From assembly GCA_950097015.1 (NCBI GenBank), contig CATNEN010000038.1:20398001-20462000 (forward strand): a stretch of 64,000 bases of DNA, read 5' to 3'. The stretch's first letter is position 1; every line of letters begins with the position of its first letter. Of the stretch, positions 24,701 to 36,998 are shown in pieces. The notes below the pieces were generated by a model that saw only the letters and a program-made list of their open reading frames with translations, did not search any database and was not told the origin of the DNA. Source of the DNA: Macrostomum hystrix. Taxonomy: Eukaryota > Animalia > Platyhelminthes. The translations under genes and the position numbers were made by a program.

Positions 24701-27700
24701 TTTATGGCTTTCTTCGTAGGCAGTTGTTTAGTGTAGTTATTACCTTAATTCTAGATGTACTTTCTAGGTTGTGAGGTACCGATTTTCATTAACACAAAAA
24801 TTCCCATGTATTTTTTGTCAATTTGTCCGCCACTCTCTATAGGTTGTCTTGTTCTTTCCAGCTTCTATAGGCGAATTTCCTACGCAAACCAATGAACAGA
24901 AGGCCTCCTTAATGCTATGCTTGGTCATAGTCCGTGTCTCGCCCAGATTCCTATAGCAGGAATCTGCCTGTCAATCACTCTTGGTCTGGCGTTGCCTTCT
25001 CTAGGCTTAAAAATTTTGTTTCCCTACTCCCCATCCCCACTCTCTCCCTCTCGCCGATACAGCCAGCCAGATGGAAAAATATAGTCAGGCGGTTTTGAAA
25101 GAAAAAATAAGGCAGAGGGTTTGACGGACCTAAAGACACAGTGTCCTTAACCTGTGAATATTAAGACTGTGTGATATGCTAATTCTAGTGCATAGTTAGG
25201 CACAATCTCTTACCAGCTCAAATTATAAGAACGCTGCCCTATTAATCCTGATTCAGAAACATAATCTAAATATACTTTTTCAGCTAGTGCAGCTACGTGC
25301 CATTATAAAAATCGCAGCTAGAATCGCAGCTGGAGTCTAAGCTAGAATCGCAGCCGGACTCTAAGCTAGAATCGCAGCTGGAGTCTAAGCTAGAATCGCA
25401 GCCGGACTCTAAGCTAGAATCGCAGCTGGAGTCTAAGCTAGAATCGCAGCTGGAGTCTAAGCTAGAATCGCAGCCAGACTCTAAGCTAGAATCGCAGCTG
25501 GAGTCTAGGCTAGAATCGCAGCTGGAGTCTCAGCTAGAATTCGCAGCTAGAATCGCAGCAAAAGTCTCAGCTAGAATCGCAACTGGAATCGCAGCAAGGG
25601 TCTCAGCTGGAGTCTAAGCTAGAATCGCAGCTGGAGTATCAGCTAGAATCGCAGCTATAATCGCAGCTGGAGTCTAAGCTAGAATCGCAGCTGGAGTATC
25701 AGCTAGAATCGCAGCTATAATCGCAGCTGGAGTCTAAGCTAGAATCGCAGCTGAAGTCTAAGCTAGAATCGCAGCTGGAGTCTCAGCTAGAATCGCAGCT
25801 GGAGTCTAAGCTAGAATCGCAGCTTGAGTCTAAGCTATAATCGCAGCTGGAGTCTCAGCTAGAATCGCAGCTAGAATCGCAGCTGGAGTCTAAGCTAGAA
25901 TCGCAGCTAGAATCGCAGCTGGAGTCTCAGCTAGAATCGCAGCTAGAATCGCAGCTGGAGTCTAAGCTATAATCGCAGCTGGAGTCTCAGCTAGAATCGC
26001 AGCTAGAATCGCAGCTGGAGTCTAAGCTAGAATCGCAGCTAGAATCGCAGCTGGAGTCTCAGCTAGAATCGCAGCTAGAATCGCAGCTGGAGTCTAAGCT
26101 AGAATCGCAGCTAGAATCTAAGCTAGAATAAATTAGAAAGAAGAATGTTTCATAAGTGTGCGATTATGTTTTGGGTCCGACTACTGTGGTAGGTTGAGGT
26201 GGCTAAAGGCCTGTTGTTAAAGTGCACACTAGTGCCGCTTTGCTCTAGGCAGATCGCGCGGTTCAATTAATTTGCACTTTTAGTTAAGAAAAATCGTGTT
26301 TCTGTGACACTAGCCTTTTTTCAACTGAAACAAGTGGATATGTGAATGCACTTTAAAAGTGTATACATATTTTTATCCCCAATAAAATTAAATCAACATA
26401 TCTCTGAAATTTTTGCATGTAACTTTTTCTGTAGCTTCTATTGTAACATTGTCTTGTGATTTTTTCTTAAGTAATCGCATTTAAGTAACCTTCGAGGTTG
26501 GACAAACAAAAATTAATGGGATTATAAAACAATACTGAATTGACAGTAGCAGATGTGAAGATGAGAAAAAAAACTTTATTTGCATAGTCTGAATCTAAAT
26601 CTAGTTTTGCCAATGCGTCAGCTATCCTTGTCTTGTCTGGCAATGCTAGTTATTTTCTGATACGCAGTTAAAGTAAATGGATTTTTTTTCTATTCCTGTT
26701 TGGCTGATCGAGTGGATAGTTTTCTACCAGAGAAGGCCGACACTCGCTCCTGCACTCCCATCTCCTGCATTATGAAAGAGGGCGATAGGAAAGGATGGGA
26801 ACATTTTTCCCCAACGATTTGCCAGTGTCAGCAGCAGTAGGCGACGGTGGCGGAGGTGGCGTCACTCAGTTTACTGTCGCTCTCTTGTACCTACTGTAAT
26901 TTCATCCGTTTTTCTCTCCCTTTAGTCTAGTCTAGAGCCTAGATTATTAACTGTCTATATTACTCGACTTCAATTTATTTGCTGCATAGTCAAACACCAG
27001 CTTTTTCCGCTGTCGTCTCTTCTCTCTTTAAAAAAGACTATACGGTGGACTTTTACGCCTCGGATATGTCAATAATCGAAAAAGGACTTTGTAGAATTAT
27101 CGATTCCACTAGATCTACTATTTATATAGCTTTTTCTGCACATGTCTCTTTCCCATTTTCTGTCTTAGCTGCATTCGAGTAACTACCCTTGTCTAATCTC
27201 TGTATATTAGTTTTTATATATTCTCCTGTTTTACTGATCTCTTCTTACTCTTTCCTGATTTCACTTCGTTAAACTCTATCCTCACTCTTCTGTGTCTATT
27301 CTCTCTATTCCCTGATTTTTTCTCTCTATTCCTTGATCTATTCTCTCTATTCCTTGATCTATTCTATCTATTGCCTGATCTATTCTCTCTATTCCCAGAT
27401 CTACTCTCTCTATTGCCTGATCTATTCTCTCTATTCCCAGATCTACTCTCTCTATTCCTTGATCTATTCTCTCTATTCCCAGATCTATTCTCTCTATTCC
27501 CAGATCTATTCTCTCTATTCCTTGATCTATTCTCTCTATTCCTTGATCTATTCTCTCTATTCCCAGATCTATTCTCTCTATTACCAGATCTAATCTCTCT
27601 ATTCCCAGATCTATTCTCTCTATTCCTTGATCTATTCTCTCTATGCCCTTATCTATCCTCTCTTTCCAGATCGATTAAATCTCTTAACTGACTATGTCAC

Positions 27701-30700
27701 TATTATCTTTTTACTGATCTATTCTCTCTCTTAGTGATCTATTCACTCTTCCCTGATCTATTTTCTCTCTTCCCATATCTATACTCTTTCTTCCTTTTTT
27801 TCTTATCTCTCTATCCGTACATCCTTTCTTCCCCCCAAATCTATTCTCTTTTCCCCTTAATTAACTATTCTTTCTTGCTTTCTTTTTATTGATCCATTTT
27901 CCACGCGAAATTTTCAATTAGTTTTGACATTTAGAAATTTTGTAAGACACCCGCATTGTAAGAGGAGTTGAATCAGGCAATCAATTTTATCAATTTCGCA
28001 CCCATTCATTCGCCTCGTTTCAGCTTTTAAATTTTCCACTGTATTCCTAGAATCTTTTATTTCCATAGAATTCTAGAATCTTACATTTCTTTTCTAGCAT
28101 ATTTTCAAGGCCGTTTAAAGCTTTGAAATCCTTGTTTTGGTGTACAGATGTTGAAACCTTTAATCTCTGACCACCGCACCTGTTTTAGGGACCACCTGCC
28201 AGCAATCTCCGGGTGGCCTTTTGCTTTGCAAATAGCTCTATCTCGGGACAGTTTGTAGTGTAATTAGGCATCAATAGGATAGCATTTTTTCTTTTGATTT
28301 ATAGTTTCACTTTCTTTTTTCGAAGCGTTTCGAATTTTGCGAGTAAAGTCAGTTTTATTAGGGTGAGATTTTGTAAAGATTGGATATTTTAACAGGGTGA
28401 GATTTTGTAAAGATCCTCTATTTTAACAGGGTGAGATTTTGTAACTATCGGCTATTTTAAGAGGGTGAGATTTTGTAAAGATCCTCTATTTTAACAGGGT
28501 GAGATTTTGTAACTATCGGCTGTTTTAAGAGGGTGAGATTTTGTAAAGATTGGATATTTTAACAGGGTGAGACTTTGTAAAGATTGGATATTTTAACAGG
28601 GTGAGATTTTGTAAAGATCCTCTATTTTAACAGGGTGAGATTTTGTAACTATCGGCTATTTTAAGAGGGAGAGATTTTGTAACGATCCTCTATTTTAACA
28701 GCGTGAGATTTTGTAACTATCGGCTATTATAACAGGGTGAGATTTTGTAAAGATCCTCTATTTTAGCAGGGTGAGATTTTGTAAAGATCCTCTATTTTAG
28801 CAGGGTGAGATTTTGTAACTATCGGCTATTTTAACAGGGTGAGATTTTGTAAAGATCCTCTATTTTAACAGGGTGAGATTTTGTATAAATTGGCTATAAG
28901 AACAGGGTGAGATTTTATATTAATTAGCTATAAGAACAGGGTGAGATTTTGTATACATTGGCTATAAGAACAGGGTGAGATTTTGTATAAATTGGCTATA
29001 AGAACAGGGTGAGATTTTGTATAAATTGGCTATAAGAACAGGGTGAGATTTTGTATAAATTGGCTATAAGAACAGGGTGAGATTTTGTATAAATTGGCTA
29101 TAAGAACAGGGTGAGATTTTATATTAATTGGCTATAAGAACAGGGTGAGATTTTGTATAAATTGGCTATAAGAACAGGGTAAGATTTTGTATAAATTGGC
29201 TATAAGAACAGGGTGAGATTTTATATTAATTGGCTATAAGAACAGGGTGAGATTTTGTATAAATTGGCTATAAGAACAGGGTGAGATTTTATATAAATTG
29301 CCTATAAGAACAGGGTGAGATTTTTTTGTCTTAAACTTGAGTGCCTGACATAGGAAATATAAAACAGTTTCTTTAAAAATCAAACAACTTTCTGTAACGA
29401 TATGTCGTGACGCTTGGTATGCGTTTGTCTCACTCAGTATAATATTTTTATCGCCTAAATTTCTACGAGTACGTCAGCGCATTGTCGGAAGCTAAAATAA
29501 TACTTCTTTTCTCTAAGAATCCCATAAGTGTTCGTTTGCCCTCGGTAACTGGGGAGGTGTTTTACAGCGTCAGCGAGTGCGGGCTAGGCTTTGATTGGCA
29601 CTGAACTGCCTGGGTGCGATTCTAGTGCATATTTCCAGTTATTTTCCCTTTTACAATGCTAAAATTTTAATGCGGGACTGCACTGCTTAGAGACATTGAT
29701 TTTCTGTCAATCGGTAAATAGTAATTGATTTTTCAATTCTTGACTATGTAAGAATTGAGAATTGGAAATGTAGGGACATAGAATTGGAAATGTAGGGACA
29801 TCGAATTGGAAATGTAGGGACATCGAATTGGAAATGTAGGGACATGGAATAGGAAATATAGGGACATGGAATAGGAAATGTAGAAACACCGAATCGAAAT
29901 GTAGGGAGACATTTGGAAATGTAGGGAGACTGAATTGGAAATGTAGGGACATAGAATTGGAAATGTAGGGACATAGAATTGGAAATGTAGGGACATAGAA
30001 TTGGAAATATAGGGACATAGAATTGGAAATGTAGGGACATAGAATTGGAAATGTAGGGACATAGAATTGGAAATGTAGGGACATAGAATTGTGAATGTAG
30101 GGACATGGAATAGGAAATGTAGGAAGACCGAATCGAAATGTAGGGAGACAGAGTTGGAAATGTAGGGAGACTGAATTGGAAATGTAGGGAGACCGAATTG
30201 GAAATGTAGGGAGACCGAATTGGAAATGTAGGGAGACCGAATCGGAAATGTAGGGAGACATTTGGAAATGTAGGGAGACCAAATTGGAAATGTAGGGAGA
30301 CAGAGTTGGAAATGTAGGGAGACCGAATCGGAAATGTAGGGAGATGAGTTGATAAATGTAGGGGGAAAATATAAGGCGATAAAATATAATTTAGGATTAC
30401 TAAAACACAGTTTTTTGTGTTGCCTATTCCCTTTCTCTTCTCCCTCATCTAGTCTTTACTCGTCGCCACCTCATTAATCCCAAAGGAATATTTTGACGCA
30501 GCTGCTGCATTTGGTTAACAAAAATCTCCCCAGGGGAAAGGCTCGATCGAGTTGTCTCGCTTTTTTAATTTATAAGCATGCTTTTTCAGTGGCTTGAATT
30601 TTTTTAGTTTTTCAGTCTTTTTGTTTGAATTTGTCGAATTTTACGCACTAAATCAAATGAAATAAAATTGAAAAATTATCTAGCTTTATTTTAACAGCTT

Positions 30701-33700
30701 ATAAATGTAGGGAGATTTAGTATTATTCTTCTCCTTAGTATTATTGTTACTATTATAGTAAAGAAAGAAAATATTAATTTACTATCTATAACTTTTAACT
30801 GTTTCTTGTGTAGCCACTGGGTGGTGTTTTTGATTTATATAATCAAATTCTTGACTATTTTATCATTCTCTCTATTTCTATCGCTCTCTCTTCTCTTCTC
30901 TTATCTGCCATGAAGTCTTATTTGGCCAAGTTTTATTGCCTATGCCGGATCTTAATTTATCTCTGACTGCTGGCGTGCGTTAGCCACATTTGTACTTTTA
31001 GTTGACCTTACCGCTATTCGCTATGGTTTTATTAGGTGCGAATTCTTCTCCTATTCTAAGCTGTCTCACAGCCTTATCCTGCATCATCTTAGCTGTCTCA
31101 CATCCTTATCCTGCATCATCTTACATGTAGCTGTCTCACAGCCTTATCCTGCATTATCTTAGCTGTCTCACATCCTTATCCTGCATCATCTTACATGTAG
31201 CTGTCTCACAGCCTTATCCTGCATTATCTTAGCTGTCTCACATCCTTATCCTGCATTATCTTAGCTGTCTCACATCCTTATCCTGCATCATCTTACATGT
31301 AGCTGTCTCACAGCCTTATCCTGCATTATCTTAGCTGTCTCACATCCTTATCCTGCATCATCTTAGCTGTCTCACATCCTTATCCTGCATCATCTTAGCT
31401 GTCTCACATCCTTATCCTGCATTATCTTAGCTGTCTCACATCCTTATCCTGCATTATCTTACATGTAGCTGTCTCACAGCCTTATCCTGCATTATCTTAG
31501 CTGTCTCACATCCTTATCCTGCATTATCTTAGCTGTCTCACATCCTTATCCTGCATCATCTTACATGTAGCTGTCTCACAGCCTTATCCTGCATTATCTT
31601 AGCTGTCTCACAGCCTTATCCTGCATCATCTGGCAGTCTCACCTTCTTATCCTGCATTATCTTAACAGTCTCACATCTTTACTCCGCATCATAGCTGTCT
31701 CACATCCGTATCCTGCATCATCTTACATGTAGCTGTCTCACAGCCTTATCCTGCATTATCTTAGCTGTCTCACATCCTTATCCTGCATTATCTTACATGT
31801 AGCTGTCTCACAGCCTTATCCTGCATTATCTTAGCTGTCTCACAGCCTTATCCTGCATCATCTGGCAGTCTCACCTTCTTATCCTGCATTATCTTAACAG
31901 TCTCACATCTTTACTCCGCATCATAGCTGTCTCACATCCGTATCCTGCATCATCTTACATGTAGCTGTCTCACAGCCTTATCCTGCATTATCTTAGCTGT
32001 CTCACAGCCTTATCCTGCATCATCTGGCAGTCTCACCTTCTTATCCTGCATTATCTTAACAGTCTCACATCTTTACTCCGCATCATAGCTGTCTCACATC
32101 CGTATCCTACCTTCATCTCAACTTTATATTCAGTTCTTGTTCACTCTGATTAGAATTATATTATTTATATCATAACCATATTTACGGGCTAGTCAAATCA
32201 GCAATGCAAATTGAGATGTTTTCAAGACCGAGACCAGACCGAGACTGTGGTACTTATGGGTACTATCGAGCCAATCTTTGCATATGGGCCTTTGATTTTT
32301 TTTTTGTTTGATAAAAAAATATGCATCCTTGATTTGATTTGCTTTTAGGTACGCTTAGACATGTCCCGGCATAAATTACTGCACCCCTATAGCTGCCCTT
32401 GATCCGACTAAACATTTCGTTTGCGCAAGGACTGTTAATTCATGTTGAGATTATTAGAGACAGATGACAATAGAAGACAATAGAATAGTGAGAGCGGTAG
32501 AGTTGGATAGGTAAATAATGAAACAGGATAGAGATAAATAGGGAAGTAATGAAACGGGATAGAGATAAATAGGGAAGTAATGAAACGGGATAGAGATAAA
32601 TAGGGAAGTAGTTAAACTGGCTAGAGCATAACAAACAAGTCCTTTTTTAATATTAATAGCCGCTTCACTGATAACAGGACTAAGGATTTGCAAAAAAATA
32701 TCCGCAATGTACACAAAGGGAAAAGAGACTGTGTGCTTTAAGACCTTTCCTGGCTGCCAATTCGGGGCGTTTATATATGCAAGTATATATTCCTGTTCCT
32801 TCGTGTTCTTGTGTTTTCTAAGAATTCGCCTTCGCCTTTCTAATGAGAAAAAATAATTATTATTTTGCTATAGAAGGATTTGTACAAATTGTACTAAGCT
32901 CTTCTTTCTGTGTTCCTAAATAATTCCCTTTTGTAGGTTTTTGTCAGTACCAAGTGAAGCGTATATATAGCTTATTTTGGCTTATTTGTAGAAGATACAG
33001 GAAACATGCTGCTGCTGCTGCTGCTACTGTGGCTGCTAAATTTAATGTTGTTTCGCACCTGTGAATATTTTTTCCAACGTCCTTGTCGTGTCTTCTTTTT
33101 CATGTCTTTTTTGTCAATAAAAAACCTGAATTCCTCATGCCAAATTTATCGTATCGCCTCTGTGACTTTGCATGAATGTTGTCGGGCGCATGTTTTTTTA
33201 ATGGGATAGCGGTCTAAATATTATCGTCGCTTTGTTCGGATTCTGCTTAATTAAATAAATGCGCAAAACAAATTGCAGGGCGAGAAATATGACGGCAGAA
33301 AAGCCGACATCTGGAGCACGGGTGTCATTCTCTACGCCCTGCTAGTGGTGAGCGAGTGTTTAGACTTAGTTAGTCTGCGCTCCGATTGGCCAACAGCCCC
33401 CTCACTAGGATTTGCCTACAGCCCCCCTCACTAGGATTGGCCAACAGCCCCCTCACTAGGATTTGCCTACAGCCCCCTCACTAGGATTGGCCAACAGCCC
33501 CCTCACTAGGATTGGCCAACAGCCCCCTCACTAGGATTGGCCAACAGCCCCCTCACTAGGATTGGCCAACAGCCCCCTCACTAGGATTGGCCTACAGCCC
33601 CCTCACTAGGATTGGCCTACAGCCCCCTCACTAGGATTGGCCTACAGCCCCCTCACTAGGATTGGCCTACAGCCCCCTCACTAGGATTGGCCAACAGCCC

Positions 33701-35797
33701 ACTCACTAGGATTGGCCAACAGTCCCACTCACTAGGATTGGCCAACAGCCCATCACTAGGATAGGCCTCCCCCCTCCGCATATGATTGGCCAAAACCCAT
33801 CAAATCACTTCAAACGCATTATTCCTCACAAAATTTTAGGGCGCGCTGCCATTCGACGATGACAATCTGCGCAACCTGCTAGAGAAAGTAAAAAAAGGCG
33901 TATTCCACATTCCGCACTTTGTACCAGCCGAAGCTCAACAATTGCTGCGGGCCATGATTGAGGTTGACCCGGCTAGACGAATCACGGTAAATTATACTAC
34001 TGGCTAAAATTATTAAAATTAAAATTATTAAAATTTACTAAATTATTATACTAGTAAATTATTTGTTGTGTCAGTAGTAATTTCTAAATTCTGTTTAATT
34101 TATTCCAACTGTCGATGGATTTCACATCACCCTGTCTCTCTTTCTCAATTTTCAGCTGGAGAACGTTCTCAAGCATCCATGGGTCACTGCGTGAGTTGAT
34201 CGATCTACTACTTGACACTGCTTTAATATTTATGCTAGCACTGTGCTTCACAGAAATTGAAAAATCATTTTTTTAAGCAGTGAAACCCTGCTATTTGTTG
34301 CCTAGTCTGCTCTTACTATTTACTAATAGGGGAATCGAGCCAATATGCTTCACTTTTTGAGCTAAAAATAGCATATATCCCCCGGAAATCCAGCCAACAT
34401 TCGCGACCTTGAGAGCTAAAAATAGCATACATCCCCCGGGAATCCAGCCAACATTCGCGACCTTGAGAGCTAAAAATAGTATGCATTCCCTGAAAATCCA
34501 GCCAACATGCGCGACCATGAGAGCTAAAAATAGCATGCATTCCCTGAGAATCCACCCAACATGCGCGACCATGAGAGCTAAAAATAGCATGCATTCCCCG
34601 GAAATCCAGCCAACATGCGCGACCATGAGAGCTAAAAATAGCATGCATTCCCCGGAAATCCAGCCAACATGCGCGACCATGAGAGCTAAAAATAGCATAC
34701 ATTCCCCGGAAATCCAGCCAACATGCGCGACCATGAGAGCTAAAAATAGCATGCATTCCCCGGAAATCCAGCCTACATGCGCGACCATGAGAGCTAAAAA
34801 TAGCATGCATTCCCCGCGAATCCAGCTAACATGGGCGACCTAGGAGCTACTTCGTTAAAATAACTTCTCTAAAATCTCTGCTCACTAAAACAATAGCGAC
34901 AATGAAATCCAACTGGACACCGAGACGCACATGATCAGCGCCGTGGCCACTAGCGTCATCCAGTCCAAGGAGGACATTGATCCGGACATTTTCAACACCA
35001 TGACTTCGCTGCAGTGCTTCCAGGATCGGGACCGTCTTACTAGAGAGCTGCTATCGCCGCAGCACAATACTGAAAAGGTTTGTTTTCTTTTTCGTTTTTT
35101 CACTGATGACCCACCGCCTCAGGGTTCCATCAGGACTTACCTCAGGGTTCACTTCAGGACTTACCTCAGGGTTCACTTCAGGACTCACCTAAGGATTCAG
35201 GTCAGGATTCACCTCAGGGTTCACCTGAGAACTCACCTCAGGATTCACCTCAGGATTCACCTCAGGATTAACCTAAGGACTTACCTCAGGACTTACCTCA
35301 GACCATCGCGCCCGCCTCAGGTGATCTACTTTCTTCTAATGGATCGCAAGTTGCGCAATCCCTGCCTAGACGATCCCGAAGAGATTCGCAGCCGGAACAG
35401 CACCCCGGACCCGCCAAGGAAGCGAACTGACTCGCTGCGACTGCACGCGAACAGCGTGTGCGGCTCGCCTCAACTGGGCTACCGGCTGAGCGACGGCTCC
35501 CCATTGGCCGGCCGGCGGGCCCTGACTGTGCAGTCCTATCGAAAGTCTTCAGCTGGTTCGGCTTCAATCGGCGCTGCCGCCGCCGGTGCGGCTAGTCCGG
35601 CTACATCTAGACGCCCGCCGCCGACTCCGCCGACAACGCCGCAGATTGGCAGATCAGCGGCTGCGGCAGGAGCTGCCGGCGCCACAGGCGGTTTGTCGAC
35701 GGCTTCGCCGGAGCAGCCCGGCTGGCGTTCCCGGTTGAACTCGTTGAAGACCTCGCTGGCCACTACGCTGGGCACGCCGAGATTTCATCGTCGCAGT

Positions 35798-35830
<33 letters not shown>

Positions 35831-36963
35831 CATCATCATCATCAGCAGCAGTCCATGGCCCTGGCGTCGGGCACTACGCCGGAAGCCAGTCCCGAACTCT
35901 CCCGGCGGTCCTGGTTCACCGCTTTCCTACCCGGAGGCGGCGGTGGCAGTCATCATCAGGCTCATCATCATCAGCAGCAGCAACAGCAACTGCAGCGGCA
36001 GCAGCAGCAGCAGCAGCAGCATCATTACAATGTTGTAAGCTTATGTTTCTTTTATGCCGTCTTAAAAATCCTTAGGTTTGACTTTTATTCAAGTATTCCT
36101 TATCCTCATGGAGGACTACGAATTTCCCGAATCCTCAAGTTGCTCTTATAATTATCCTAGATCCTCAAATTCCAATTTTATTGATCCCTGATTCTCAAGT
36201 TCCATTTATAATTATCCCAGATCCTCAAGCTCCTCTTTAAGTTATCCCAAATCCTAAATTATGAATACCAATTATCCCAAATCCTAATTTAGGACTTTAT
36301 ATTGTACTGCACTCTCAAAGGACTATTGATTATGGAAAATTCCTAATTAATTCCGCCAACCGCAGCAGCAGCAGATGCAGCAGCATCGTCAGCAGCATCA
36401 GGCCAATCAGACTCAATCAATTACAAACGCGGCTACATCGTCCTCTGGTGGCGCCGCTTCGGCTCCAGCTGGAGCCGCCGCCGCCGCAGCCGCAGCCGCA
36501 GCCGCCGCAGCAGCGGACGCTTCAACCGGCAGTCACGTGGTGCTGATCCGTGACCGGCCGCTGAATCGTGTCAAGGCGGATCTGGTTCACGCCCTGCTCC
36601 AGACGCCCGATCTGATTCACACTGTCCTGTCACCGACGGCCTTCAGGGCCGAGCTAAGGCGACCGCCGATGCCGCCGGCTGCCAACGCCGCCTCCGCCTC
36701 GGCCGCGGCCGCTTCTCTAAGCAATAGGCCGGTAAAATTCCAGGTAGAAATTCATAGGCCAGATCCTGATAGGCTGCTGTTTGCCATCAACTTTCAGCTG
36801 ATCTCCGGTGAGTTGAAGCTTAATAATGTATGTTGTTCCTGTACATATTTTTAATTCTCTGAAACCAACCCCGATTTATACTAGGCCCAGTTCGGCGTTT
36901 CAAACGTGTCTGCGACCAAATTCACCAGGCGCTACTTTCACCCAGATTATACGGTGCCGGACC

Positions 36964-36998
<35 letters not shown>

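Noticed and set aside
32215-32250. caagaccgagaccagaccgagac, resembling MITE subterminal repeats
   Set aside because: Too short; no TIR pair or TSD identified
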